In this document: positions 10,450-19,394 of the stretch, in pieces
How positions within the stretch are numbered: position 1 is the first letter of the stretch
Layout: each line of letters opens with the position of its first letter
Source of the DNA: a virus
Lineage: Duplodnaviria > Caudoviricetes
Direction: 5' to 3' (one strand)
DNA: 64,000 nt
Virus record (IMG/VR): IMGVR_UViG_2706796257_000001
Coordinates: 64,001 to 128,000 of that record
Made by a program: the position numbers and the translations under genes
The notes under the pieces: model-generated
Seen by the model: only the letters and a program-made list of their open reading frames with translations
Told to the model about the DNA's origin: nothing
Database searches by the model: none

Positions 10450-10655
10450 TTCCACCACCGTTTAACTTGAAAAGTATCAGCCCAAACTAATGTTTTTTCA
10501 TCTATAGCAATATCTGAACTTTTAGCTACACCATACGGACCAAGAATTTTGTATGTGTTTTTAGAAGTTTTTAGAGCCATTGTTCCATTAACCATAGATA
10601 GAGTGAAACAGGCATTAACTTTAAGACGTTTGAATTTAACCTTTACTATTGTCAT
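10443..10655 (-). CDS. a-gt.3: a-gt.3 conserved hypothetical
   Basis: KFKRLKVNA.FTLS...VKRWWKW. Confidence 0.8.
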   Translation of the reverse strand: MTIVKVKFKRLKVNACFTLSMVNGTMALKTSKNTYKILGPYGVAKSSDIAIDEKTLVWADTFQVKRWWKW

Positions 10656-10965
10656 TTACAATTTCCCAAATCTGTCGACGAGTGGTTTCCCACTGTACTT
10701 TGACAAGTTCATCTGTGTAAGGTTGGCGTAAAATGTCCCGAGATTTCTCGATAGCATATTTGTACGCCGCGAAGTTATTTTCTAGGACTGCTCTTTGCGC
10801 ATGCTCATTTAAACGTTTAAGTTCTTTTGCATGCTTTTTATAAATTTTCGCTGCTTTAGCATTGGCTTCTTGGCGTGTTGCTTCTTCCATTCGAGCGATA
10901 ATTTGTTCTACTTCTTCTGGGTTTTCATCAATTTTATTAATATTATCAATAATCTCTGGAGACAT
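10636..10965 (-). CDS. a-gt.4: a-gt.4 conserved hypothetical
   Basis: KELKRLNEHAQRAVLENNFAAYKYAI. Confidence 0.85.
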   Translation of the reverse strand: MSPEIIDNINKIDENPEEVEQIIARMEEATRQEANAKAAKIYKKHAKELKRLNEHAQRAVLENNFAAYKYAIEKSRDILRQPYTDELVKVQWETTRRQIWEIVNDNSKG

Positions 10966-10974
10966 TTAATTACC

Positions 10975-11202
10975 TTATTTTGGAAAATAATCCAATGAAA
11001 AATAAAATCCGTCAGGAGATACAACATATTGATGAGGAACTTCTTTTCCATCAACAATAAATGTAATATCATGCGGATTAGTTGGGTCAATATGAATATC
11101 CATTTCGAGAACTTCCCTTAAATACATTTTTAGTATATAAGGAATAGCTTCTAATTCTGGAATATCTTCAAGCATTCCTGCGAGGTCAATCTTCAGCCTC
11201 AT
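10975..11202 (-). CDS. a-gt.5: a-gt.5 conserved hypothetical
   Basis: [24 protein letters not shown]. Confidence 0.85.
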   Translation of the reverse strand: MRLKIDLAGMLEDIPELEAIPYILKMYLREVLEMDIHIDPTNPHDITFIVDGKEVPHQYVVSPDGFYFSLDYFPK

Positions 11203-11725
11203 ATAAAAAATCCAAATTCGGAGAATCGTCTACTTCAACACTCTTTTTGTCAGACCCTGGTGCTTTATAGGTCGATTCTTCATAATGCGTCATTTTATCA
11301 TAGATGTCCTGAATAAACGTTTCATCTGCTAACGCGACCATATCATCGTCACGACTGTCATAGACATTGTGAACAAAATAGCTATATTTCTTTGCCATCT
11401 CTTTGCGTTCTTTTTTGATACGCTGAACGAAAGCATTAAAACAAGCCTGAGTTATGTATGCATGTGGGTTTTTGTATTTCTCTTCGTCAAAGTTTTTGAG
11501 ACCTTTAATAGCAGCCTCAACTCCGTCAGAAATCATTTCATCTTTCCATGATTGGGTGTATCCTGAAAAGTTAAAACGCTTTGACAATCCCTCGGAAATA
11601 AGCATAATAGCTTTTCCAATAGTGTCATTCTGACGGACAAGCGTTCCTTCTGGAGCTTCTCTACATTTTTGTTTCCATTCACATATTGCGTTGTAAAGCT
11701 CTTTGTTGTTTACATAGTCAGCCAT
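11186..11725 (-). CDS. 55: Late-transcription sigma factor gp55
   Basis: [46 protein letters not shown]. Confidence 0.99.
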   Translation of the reverse strand: MADYVNNKELYNAICEWKQKCREAPEGTLVRQNDTIGKAIMLISEGLSKRFNFSGYTQSWKDEMISDGVEAAIKGLKNFDEEKYKNPHAYITQACFNAFVQRIKKERKEMAKKYSYFVHNVYDSRDDDMVALADETFIQDIYDKMTHYEESTYKAPGSDKKSVEVDDSPNLDFLYEAED

Positions 11726-11760
11726 TAATACCTCATCGCCTCAAGTTTATATATACTTTT

Positions 11761-11785
11761 ATTATATCATATTTGCAGGGCAAGA
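11761..11785 (-). promoter_or_regulatory. Putative middle promoter for 55
   Basis: TCTTGCCC...TATAAT (variant MotA box). Confidence 0.45.
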
Positions 11786-11794
11786 GGTTATTTG

Positions 11795-12082
11795 CTAATT
11801 AAAAGAACGAAGAATGCAATACATCTGAAAAAGTTGCTCGCCAATTTCTTTGAATTCATCAAATAACAGAAAATAAGCTGTGTATGAATACAAGTCGTTA
11901 TCTTCCCAAAAATCATTGAAACTATTAAACATTTCGGTATAATCTTTTTGGTTAAGTTTTGAAGCATGAGAATGCCAATATACTCCAGGCATCACGTCAG
12001 TTTCAAACTTAATTCCCATCATATAATCAACGCTAAAAACACCAAAATTCTCGATAGTTAATTTAAGTTCTGTTCTTTTCAT
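11795..12082 (-). CDS. Hypothetical protein
   Basis: ORF packed in early/middle operon. Confidence 0.75.
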   Translation of the reverse strand: MKRTELKLTIENFGVFSVDYMMGIKFETDVMPGVYWHSHASKLNQKDYTEMFNSFNDFWEDNDLYSYTAYFLLFDEFKEIGEQLFQMYCILRSFN

Positions 12083-12084
12083 AA

Positions 12085-12309
12085 TCACATTTTCTTAGCA
12101 GCTTCTAAAGCTTTATCCATTGAACTGAATGCATCTACTGAGTAATAATCTTTGCCCGTGTATTCATATAACCACCAGGCGCCAAAATCTTCTTCAATAA
12201 CGTAACCAACACCGTTCTTCGAAGTACCTTCAATCATCAGCCGCCCATCTTCAACAGATGCATCAAATCCAGCGAGTTCTAAATCGGCAACAATCTGTTC
12301 TTTAGTCAT
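12085..12309 (-). CDS. Hypothetical protein
   Basis: ORF overlapping upstream stop. Confidence 0.8.
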   Translation of the reverse strand: MTKEQIVADLELAGFDASVEDGRLMIEGTSKNGVGYVIEEDFGAWWLYEYTGKDYYSVDAFSSMDKALEAAKKM

Positions 12310-12565
12310 TCAGATATTCCTCAAGCTCTTTTATTGTTAATCCTTCATTCCACATAATTTTAGGATTAGAATGGTCAGTGTCGCTAGCACTAACAGGATA
12401 ATATCTCATTTCTTTACCAAGAGCATATAAACAACCAAATGCTTGGTAATAATTGACAGCTTGGTAAGTTTCAATCAGTTCCGGCAACGAAACAGCCTTT
12501 GCACCTGTAGTAGTGGGTTTTAAGTAAACCGCAATCAACGCTATACCTTCACCAAAATCACTCAT
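12302..12565 (-). CDS. 55.1: gp55.1 conserved hypothetical
   Basis: LIAVYLKP...YQAFG.LY...PVS.S.TD...GLT..ELE. Confidence 0.75.
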   Translation of the reverse strand: MSDFGEGIALIAVYLKPTTTGAKAVSLPELIETYQAVNYYQAFGCLYALGKEMRYYPVSASDTDHSNPKIMWNEGLTIKELEEYLND

Positions 12566-12900
12566 TTAGCCGCCTTAACAATTTTGAGGTCAACGAATCC
12601 TTTCTTGCGTTGATTTTTCATTTTACGAATTGCGCTATCAGAAATTTGTTTAGGTTTGTTAGTTGGAATACCAAAAGCGTCTAGATTAAATTCATCAATA
12701 ATATAGCAAACAATCAATTCACGAATTCGAGCTTTTCCAATCTTTTGGTCATTCTCTTTCATAGTTCCGTGAAGAGCAGTTTCCCATTCATCTAAAATTT
12801 CAGGTGTGACAATAACAGATTTGAATTCACCATCAACTTTCATTTCTTCAACTTTAGGGAAAACAAAAGAGTTCAGAACGTTTTTGATAGCTTGCGACAT
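12562..12900 (-). CDS. 55.2: gp55.2 conserved protein
   Basis: MSQAIKN..., LHGTMKE..QKIGKARIREL, SAIRKMKNQRKKGF. Confidence 0.9.
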   Translation of the reverse strand: MSQAIKNVLNSFVFPKVEEMKVDGEFKSVIVTPEILDEWETALHGTMKENDQKIGKARIRELIVCYIIDEFNLDAFGIPTNKPKQISDSAIRKMKNQRKKGFVDLKIVKAAK

Positions 12901-12968
12901 GTTATTTTCCTCGTTGGTCATAGTTGTTTGACATAGAGATTTTAATTTAAAAATCCCTATAGCAAATA

Positions 12969-13247
12969 CTACGCGGCTCTTACAGCATTAATTAATTCTT
13001 GTACAACAATATCCAGTTCATCCGGGTATACATCCAGAACAAGAGCTTTAATACAATTACTCATTCGGCCTGGATAGTGTCTGGCGTGATTGAGCGAAAC
13101 CTCTGTTCGACAACCCTTAGCACGAAAAACAACTTCTTCATCAGAAATTTCAACCGTGAGCGGCACTTTATCGGTAGATGAAGTACGAATAGTCATTTCA
13201 TACTTAATCATGCTTGTTTTAGATACGATAATCATCTTATTCACCAA
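12969..13247 (-). CDS. Hypothetical protein
   Basis: ORF track; start uncertain. Confidence 0.65.
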   Translation of the reverse strand: MVNKMIIVSKTSMIKYEMTIRTSSTDKVPLTVEISDEEVVFRAKGCRTEVSLNHARHYPGRMSNCIKALVLDVYPDELDIVVQELINAVRAA

Positions 13248-13518
13248 AAATCATGTTAGGAAATCCGGATTCCATAATGTTTTTACCTTCAAGGTCCATT
13301 AAACCCCAGACGTATCGTATTAACTCAGAAGCTTCTACAATTGAAGTGGAAACTTCAAAAGCCATTTGCTGAATTATTTTAGCGCCAATTGCCTTGAAAA
13401 TTGAGCTATCTACTCCAGGCCGGTAAATGGCAATCTCACGGTAAAACAAGTCAATTTTTACTATAACAGATTCTCCGTCAGAATTACGTAGATAAACTTC
13501 AATATTATCAACTTTCAT
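13237..13518 (-). CDS. Hypothetical early protein
   Basis: GGAGAATAAAATG start after early promoter. Confidence 0.8.
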   Translation of the reverse strand: MKVDNIEVYLRNSDGESVIVKIDLFYREIAIYRPGVDSSIFKAIGAKIIQQMAFEVSTSIVEASELIRYVWGLMDLEGKNIMESGFPNMIFGE

Positions 13519-13562
13519 TTTATTCTCCAAGTTGGTTTTTACCATTTGTTTGGTATGAAGTA

Positions 13563-13592
13563 ATAGTAACACAGTTTTTGGAGGATGTAAAC
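13563..13592 (-). promoter_or_regulatory. Early promoter
   Basis: GTTTAC-N18-TACTAT. Confidence 0.85.
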
Positions 13593-13601
13593 GGTTCATT
13601 C

Positions 13602-13631
13602 AAAAGAAAAGAGGGACCGCTAGGGTCCCTT
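13602..13631 (-). terminator. Rho-independent terminator
   Basis: AGGGACC-CTAGC-GGTCCCT then CTTTTCTTTT. Confidence 0.8.
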
Positions 13632-13683
13632 TAATTTAAAGTTAATATATTATATTAGAATGGCGTAAGAATGGGATAGAGTA

Positions 13684-13995
13684 TCACTCTTCGTCCAGGT
13701 TATAACCTAAGACGCTAAGTTGTTCTAATAGGTGGGATTTGTTGCGTATTCTTTGGTTGTTCAGAAAAACAATGGGATATCGTAGAGCTAAACTTGGATA
13801 ACTACCTACGCGTTTAGCCGCTTCAGTAATTCGGTCTCTGTCGTAGACAAATCCAACTTCGTTTTTATTTGGAATTATTACATCGTAAAAAGCATAAGGG
13901 ATATTTTCATCATCCAAAGTTTTACGAATTGAATAGCAGGCCGGACACCGGCCTGCTGTCTCAGGAATTCCGTATATTTCTATTTTTGCAGACAT
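13684..13995 (-). CDS. nrdH: Glutaredoxin-like NrdH
   Basis: KIEIYGIP...GRCPAC...RYPIVF. Confidence 0.93.
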   Translation of the reverse strand: MSAKIEIYGIPETAGRCPACYSIRKTLDDENIPYAFYDVIIPNKNEVGFVYDRDRITEAAKRVGSYPSLALRYPIVFLNNQRIRNKSHLLEQLSVLGYNLDEE

Positions 13996-14348
13996 CTTAT
14001 TTCTTCAATAAGCGCTTCAATTTGTTTAAGTTTATCTTCAATTGAAGCTTTGGAGGTTGATTCAATTATGTATTTCTCGTCAACTTCATATAGAACATCT
14101 TTGTCGTAGAAGTTGAATAAACAGCTTTGGTCAAAATCGTCCGCGTCAAAAATACGCTTATCATGACTAAGAATTCTCATGACTTCAGCGTGTTCACCAT
14201 ACCCATTTAATTCTAGTACTTTGAATGCGCCGCCTTTGAGCTCGTCATAAAGTTTTTCATCACCTTTTGCCCGGCCCACAGATAACCATTTGCTTACTTC
14301 CGCCGGGTTATAAGCGTACCATTGATCTGCTTTGAATTCAGTAATCAT
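13980..14348 (-). CDS. Hypothetical protein
   Basis: Start reassigned to MITEFKAD, directly after upstream small ORF. Confidence 0.75.
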   Translation of the reverse strand: MITEFKADQWYAYNPAEVSKWLSVGRAKGDEKLYDELKGGAFKVLELNGYGEHAEVMRILSHDKRIFDADDFDQSCLFNFYDKDVLYEVDEKYIIESTSKASIEDKLKQIEALIEEIRCLQK

Positions 14349-14349
14349 A

Positions 14350-14466
14350 TTAATATTGTCCAAAGAAAATGAAAGCATAAAGAGCGGGGAACTCTTCACC
14401 AAAACGCTCAATGTAACTGTACATGTACACTTGAAGTTCATGAATCCAAGGATAGTGAATCTGCAT
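14350..14466 (-). CDS. Small hypothetical protein (38 aa)
   Basis: Manual translation MQIHYPWIHELQVYMYSYIERFGEEFPALYAFIFFGQY. Confidence 0.65.
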   Translation of the reverse strand: MQIHYPWIHELQVYMYSYIERFGEEFPALYAFIFFGQY

Positions 14467-14929
14467 TTAACCATTCCTCATTGTGTTGTTTCCATAGCCG
14501 CTGGTTATCTGAACCACGCCATGGCTTATCAGTTGGGTTATCTTGTTCATATTTACCATCAATAATAACATCAATGTATTTTAGCAATTCGAGGTGCTTG
14601 ATGTCTTCAAACTTGTAACCAGTCCACATCCAGATATCTTTTTTGGGAAAACGCGCTTTAACCCATTTAACTAGAGCTTCAATATCTTCTCTGTTGCCTC
14701 GATAAAGAGGGTCTCCTCCAGTAAGAGTAAGTCCTTGGATGTATGGTTTTGAAAGATGTTCTGCGATTTCTTTTACTGTATTAGAGTTAAATGTCTCACC
14801 GTTGCAAGGGTTCCAAGTGCTTTTATTATAGCATCCTTGGCATTTGTGAATACAACCCGTAACGAAAAGAACGACCCTGCAGCCAGGGCCATTCACAAAA
14901 TCGCATGGATAAATTCTATCATATTTCAA
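14438..14929 (-). CDS. nrdG: Anaerobic RNR activase NrdG (radical SAM)
   Basis: CIHKCQGC, GLTLTGGDP, WRGSDNQR; TTG start. Confidence 0.98.
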   Translation of the reverse strand: MKYDRIYPCDFVNGPGCRVVLFVTGCIHKCQGCYNKSTWNPCNGETFNSNTVKEIAEHLSKPYIQGLTLTGGDPLYRGNREDIEALVKWVKARFPKKDIWMWTGYKFEDIKHLELLKYIDVIIDGKYEQDNPTDKPWRGSDNQRLWKQHNEEWLNADSLSLDS

Positions 14930-16742
14930 TGTGTTTTGTCCTATGCATGATTTCTTTATTCTTACCTAGGTTAAATCCTCGGTCAGAAGGATTACCAAGA
15001 TATCCGCAAGTCCTTCTAATAGTATTCATCTTCTTAGGATTAGTCTCGCCACAAACAGTACATTCAAATCCGTTTTCAGTTGGTTTCATTTCATGAGTTG
15101 ACCCACAACTCAAACATTTATCAACTGGCATATTAACACCAAAATAATCCAGTTTTTCTACAGCATAATCCCAGACTGCTTCAAGAGCTTGAATATTTCT
15201 CTTCATATCAGGCAATTCAACATAAGATATGTGTCCACCCTTTGCAATGAAGTGGTATTTTGCTTCTTGGTCAATTTTTTCAAATGGAGAAATTTTTTCT
15301 TCAACTGAAACATGGAAGCTATTAGTATACCATCCTTTGTCGGTTACGCCTTTGACTATTCCGTGTTTTTCTGCGTCAATTTTACAGAAACGATAACATA
15401 ACGATTCTGCCGGGGTACTATAAAGGCTAAAAGCATATCCTGTTTCTTCGGTCCATTCGCGGAGATAATCATTCATGTGTTTAAGCACTAATTCACCGAT
15501 GCCTTTGTAGGTCATTAGCTCAAGCTCGTGAATTCCGATATATCCAAGTGAAATAGAACTTCTACCATTTTTAAACAACTCAATGATTTCATCATCCGGT
15601 TTCATTCGAACGCCAAAAGCTCCTTCTTGATACAGAATCGGAGCCACCGAAGCTTTTACGCCTTTCAGTGATTCGATACGAAGCATCAGCGAGTCTTTAC
15701 AGATCTTCATTCGGCAGTCTAGTAGATGCATGAACATGTTTAAATCTGTTTTGCCATTGACCTGAGAATCCAAAGCTATACGAGGAAGATTTAATGTAAC
15801 AACACCTAGATTATTGCGTCCATCAAGAATAAATTTACCATCGGAATTTTTCCATGCGCTCAAAAAGCTTCTACACCCCATTGGAGATACAGGAATAGGA
15901 GAACCAGTAATCTTACGATTATTCTTGGCGCTAATAATATCGGGATACATTCGCTTAGAAGCGCATTCTAAAGCTAGTTGTTTGATATCATAATTTGGGT
16001 CTTCACTGCGAAGATTTAAACCTTCTTCAACGAACATAACCAATTTAGGAAAAATTGGAGTAATTCCATGACGACCTAATCCCCGAATACGATTTTTAAG
16101 AATAGCTTGTTGAATTAGTTTTTCTTCCCAAGATGTCCCCATACCAAATGTAATGGTAACGAAAGGTGTTTGGCCGTTAGAACTGAAAAGAGTATTAACT
16201 TCATATTCATATCCTTGAAAAGCATCGAATACATCTTTTTCTGTTTTTTCTTGAGCGTATAATTCAGCTTCTGGAATATGATATCGGCGAGCGTCTTCGA
16301 TATGTTTGTTGAAAGTTGCTTCTACATAAGGAGCTAGTACTTGGTCGACATTAGCAAATGTAGTTCCACCATATTGATGAGAAGCTACTTGAGCTGTAAT
16401 TTGAGCCATTACGGCAGTTGCTACACCAATTGAATTTGATGTTTCAATTTCAGCATTACCGAGTTTAAACCCATTTTGAAGCATTCCGGCTAAATCTACT
16501 AAGCAACAGTTAGTAAACGGAAGCGATGGTGAATAATCCATGTCATGAAAATGGATAATTCCTTTATCATGAGCATCTAGTATAGAGACTGGAATGACCT
16601 TACGGGCGACATGCTTAGAAACAATGCCGGCCATAAGGTCGCGTTGGGTGGGAAATACTCGCGAATCTTTATTCGCGTTTTCATTTAAAAGGTCTGTATT
16701 AGTTCTATCAAACAGACCTTTGATTTCAGTTTCAATTGTCAT
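14919..16742 (-). CDS. nrdD: Class III ribonucleotide reductase NrdD, intronless
   Basis: NENANKDS, NCCL, MGCRSF, RRTCGYLG glycyl-radical loop. Confidence 0.99.
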   Translation of the reverse strand: MTIETEIKGLFDRTNTDLLNENANKDSRVFPTQRDLMAGIVSKHVARKVIPVSILDAHDKGIIHFHDMDYSPSLPFTNCCLVDLAGMLQNGFKLGNAEIETSNSIGVATAVMAQITAQVASHQYGGTTFANVDQVLAPYVEATFNKHIEDARRYHIPEAELYAQEKTEKDVFDAFQGYEYEVNTLFSSNGQTPFVTITFGMGTSWEEKLIQQAILKNRIRGLGRHGITPIFPKLVMFVEEGLNLRSEDPNYDIKQLALECASKRMYPDIISAKNNRKITGSPIPVSPMGCRSFLSAWKNSDGKFILDGRNNLGVVTLNLPRIALDSQVNGKTDLNMFMHLLDCRMKICKDSLMLRIESLKGVKASVAPILYQEGAFGVRMKPDDEIIELFKNGRSSISLGYIGIHELELMTYKGIGELVLKHMNDYLREWTEETGYAFSLYSTPAESLCYRFCKIDAEKHGIVKGVTDKGWYTNSFHVSVEEKISPFEKIDQEAKYHFIAKGGHISYVELPDMKRNIQALEAVWDYAVEKLDYFGVNMPVDKCLSCGSTHEMKPTENGFECTVCGETNPKKMNTIRRTCGYLGNPSDRGFNLGKNKEIMHRTKHIEI

Positions 16743-17824
16743 TTTAAGCCTTTCTTTAAATAAGAGACATAATCTTCAAGCCATTCTATTGTCAATAGAA
16801 TTTCTTCGGGGCTTTTTAAATTAGCCTTTATTTCTTTAAAAGAATTTGTCATTATTTTAGAAGTATGTTCAATTTTAATAGTTTCTACTAAATTTAAAGT
16901 CGAAAGTCTCTCAATGTAAGACTTTTTATCTTCAATTTGTAATTTAATAATCTCGCCAGATTTAACAAATTTAGAACAGCTTCCACGATTAGAACCAAAG
17001 AATTCTTCGACTTCGGAATTTGACGCAAACTTTTTACCAGTTTCCACATGTTGAAACTTCCATCGCTGACGTCGAATTGAAGGATGCAGTGTCCATCGAT
17101 CTTTTATAATATCAAGTTTTCCATTTAATAAATTTGTAATATTAGACGATGAAATATCATTTTTTCTTGCAAATTCAGCTTGATTTATTACTTCGATTTC
17201 GCACGAATTTAGTTCATCCCAAATTTTAAATTTAGAAACAGAATGATACACTGATAATTTTTCTTCCTTTGAGCGACCAAATTGCCAGCCAGAATCTAAA
17301 TACTTTTGAACATCATCGGGTTTAACATATTTGGTTTTTTGACCAATTTTATACATCATCGGCCATGAAACATGCTCATTTCCTTTGTCAAAATTCATCC
17401 ATCGAGCAATATCTTCTTCTGTTAAATCATCGAAGCAGTTAGGGTTAAAATGCCCGCCAATTTGTTTGTTTAACCACATAGGGTCTCGTAATACGTCATT
17501 AGCAAGTTGCATTTCCATTTCAGCCATTAAAGTTTTACCCCAAGTTGGATACCATCCAACAATTAGATATTCTTTAGGCTTTATACCATTTTCCAACATC
17601 GAATTCAATTCATTTGATGAAGATGTATAAGTCTTCCAATCTGATTCTTCAAATCCTTTTTTAGGACCGCGTTTAAACGTTGAAGGGGCAGCTTTAATTC
17701 TTTTCCAAATCTTTTTAGCGCCTACATACTTTTTACCGTCTTCAAACGTGATTACATAAACAAATCCAATATTATTTTTAATATCTGTTTCTTCAAAAAC
17801 AGACCAATGACCATAATCTGACAT
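16739..17824 (-). CDS. GIY-YIG endonuclease with NUMOD-like DNA-binding modules, occupying the gene 49 position
   Basis: GFVY-x9-YVG, ESDWKTY.SSS, E..Q..DVL...WLN; GWQFGR and two HTH-like repeats. Confidence 0.85.
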   Translation of the reverse strand: MSDYGHWSVFEETDIKNNIGFVYVITFEDGKKYVGAKKIWKRIKAAPSTFKRGPKKGFEESDWKTYTSSSNELNSMLENGIKPKEYLIVGWYPTWGKTLMAEMEMQLANDVLRDPMWLNKQIGGHFNPNCFDDLTEEDIARWMNFDKGNEHVSWPMMYKIGQKTKYVKPDDVQKYLDSGWQFGRSKEEKLSVYHSVSKFKIWDELNSCEIEVINQAEFARKNDISSSNITNLLNGKLDIIKDRWTLHPSIRRQRWKFQHVETGKKFASNSEVEEFFGSNRGSCSKFVKSGEIIKLQIEDKKSYIERLSTLNLVETIKIEHTSKIMTNSFKEIKANLKSPEEILLTIEWLEDYVSYLKKGLK

Positions 17825-17865
17825 TATAAATACATCCTTTTTACTAATATTATGATGTATTTATA
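17825..17865 (-). promoter_or_regulatory. Late promoter within an RBS-sequestering hairpin
   Basis: TATAAATA at 17858-17865; perfect 12-bp inverted repeat TATAAATACATC/GATGTATTTATA overlapping SD AAGGA. Confidence 0.9.
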
Positions 17866-17872
17866 CAATAAG

Positions 17873-18028
17873 CTAAACCATTAATTTATCTAAATTATAG
17901 AGCCAATACGTCCTTGCCCATTTCTTACGGTTTCGGATTTGAGCTTTAGTCGGCTTAGTAGAGAACCACCAAGAAATTTTATACCCATCATCTTCAATAA
18001 TTTCAAAAACTTTATTCACTAAACTCAT
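17873..18028 (-). CDS. Small hypothetical protein (51 aa)
   Basis: Manual translation MSLVNKVFEIIEDDGYKISWWFSTKPTKAQIRNRKKWARTYWLYNLDKLMV. Confidence 0.65.
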   Translation of the reverse strand: MSLVNKVFEIIEDDGYKISWWFSTKPTKAQIRNRKKWARTYWLYNLDKLMV

Positions 18029-18039
18029 ATTAAATTCCA

Positions 18040-18390
18040 TCACTTTTTAGTATTAGGAGTATCAAATAATGATATGATGCAATCCGGATTTCCGGTTATA
18101 TGGCAGCTTGTAAACAGTGCCCAGCGGCTTAAAGCCCATTTACCTAAAATTGCTTTAGACCTTTTATTGCATTCTTCAATGCCAAGAGTCATATTAAGTC
18201 TTGGAAAATAAACAGAAGTTATACCAGTGATTTCTCCGGTGTCAGTAAAACTTGAATAGCATTTGGAAATAACAAGTTCATCACCAGGGATAACACCCAT
18301 ATCTTTGAAATAGTCTATCACATCTCCAAGCTCATGCTTGACTTTAAAAACTTCCGGTTTTACCGTAAGTTTAAGTCCAGTTAAATTCAT
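18040..18390 (-). CDS. Hypothetical protein at the pin position
   Basis: ORF follows 49.1; no convincing Pin identity. Confidence 0.7.
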   Translation of the reverse strand: MNLTGLKLTVKPEVFKVKHELGDVIDYFKDMGVIPGDELVISKCYSSFTDTGEITGITSVYFPRLNMTLGIEECNKRSKAILGKWALSRWALFTSCHITGNPDCIISLFDTPNTKK

Positions 18391-18529
18391 TAAAGCCCTC
18401 ACAATCTAGTATCTCGTTCATCGTGGGTTCATTATAACATGGTTCTTCATCTGTGTAAACTGGTTCTTCTGGTTCGGGCTCTATGGTTTCCCACCGAGCT
18501 GCCCACCATGGTTTTAAAGCGTAACCCAT
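18371..18529 (-). CDS. 49.1: gp49.1 (52 aa, not in ORF track)
   Basis: MGYALKPWWAARWETIEPEPEEPVYTDEE..YNEPT. Confidence 0.9.
   Translation of the reverse strand: MGYALKPWWAARWETIEPEPEEPVYTDEEPCYNEPTMNEILDCEGFNEFNWT
18431..18460 (-). promoter_or_regulatory. Early promoter inside 49.1
   Basis: GTTTAC-N18-TATAAT. Confidence 0.8.
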
Positions 18530-18822
18530 TCTGTGATTGTCCTCGTCACGACGCGTTCTTGTTTTTCAACAAGCGAAACATCAGGTTTATTGTAATACCA
18601 ATCCGAATGATATGAACCCGAACGAGTTTCATTTACAGCAACATGAACATCATGCTTTTTGCTGTAGTAAACTACCTGTCGGTATTGATATTTGTGGCCT
18701 TGAACCCAGTCTTCGGCTTCCACTTTTTCGAGATATTCAGAATCGTCAAAATCATAATATTCGTTATACCCATCATGGTCTTCCATGATTTCTTTAAGAA
18801 TATCAGTTTGTCCAGGAGTCAT
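18514..18822 (-). CDS. 49.2: gp49.2
   Basis: HKYQYRQVVYYSKKHDVHVAVNETRSGSYHSDWYY. Confidence 0.85.
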   Translation of the reverse strand: MTPGQTDILKEIMEDHDGYNEYYDFDDSEYLEKVEAEDWVQGHKYQYRQVVYYSKKHDVHVAVNETRSGSYHSDWYYNKPDVSLVEKQERVVTRTITEWVTL

Positions 18823-18986
18823 TATTCACCTCGTAAATGATTAAGCTGTTCGTCATTGACCCAGCTCTCAAGACCAGATGGCAGGTCGCATTCAATCTGC
18901 CAAAGTAACTCTTCAACTTCATAAAGTCTAAATAGTTCTTCTTGTTTAATAACTGCTTCGTCGTCATTCAATTCAATCGTTTTCAT
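18822..18986 (-). CDS. Hypothetical protein
   Basis: MKTIELNDDE..., ATGA coupling. Confidence 0.75.
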   Translation of the reverse strand: MKTIELNDDEAVIKQEELFRLYEVEELLWQIECDLPSGLESWVNDEQLNHLRGE

Positions 18987-19174
18987 TGCAATGTCCACAT
19001 AAATTTGAAAAGATTTTCTTGGACTACAGCATCGTCCCAGCCCCAAACATTAATGTCTTCTGCTAATTCGCTTGGAAGCACATCAAGAACTTGCTGAATA
19101 CTAGGAGCTGATATACCAATTCTTTTAGCACATCGACTATAAGCAGCTAAAAATTCATCATAGTTATTAATCAT
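18983..19174 (-). CDS. Hypothetical protein
   Basis: ORF, overlapping neighbours. Confidence 0.75.
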   Translation of the reverse strand: MINNYDEFLAAYSRCAKRIGISAPSIQQVLDVLPSELAEDINVWGWDDAVVQENLFKFMWTLQ

Positions 19175-19394
19175 AAAGTTTCACCATACAATCGCCATAT
19201 TTCCACTTTGACATAACCTTTTCGCCGGTAGAGTAAGTTACTTCAACCTTAGCTCGGTGATTTTTTATTTGAACAATTCTACCGGTTTCAAGACCACCGA
19301 AGCCATAATAAAGCGCAATTATATCATTAACGAAAAGCTCTTTTCCGCGATAATCACGCATGTAATCTTGGCCTTCGACCATATGTTCTCTCAT
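19167..19394 (-). CDS. Hypothetical protein
   Basis: ORF, ATGA overlap with nrdC. Confidence 0.8.
   Translation of the reverse strand: MREHMVEGQDYMRDYRGKELFVNDIIALYYGFGGLETGRIVQIKNHRAKVEVTYSTGEKVMSKWKYGDCMVKLYD

Noticed and set aside
14349-14474. 164-aa version of the ORF downstream of nrdG
   Set aside because: Better explained as a separate 38-aa ORF plus a start at 14348
14919-16742. Group I intron in nrdD (as T4 sunY)
   Set aside because: ORF is continuous at 607 aa; the adjacent nuclease is free-standing
18040-18390. Calling this ORF pin (Lon inhibitor)
   Set aside because: Position fits but sequence similarity is not convincing by eye
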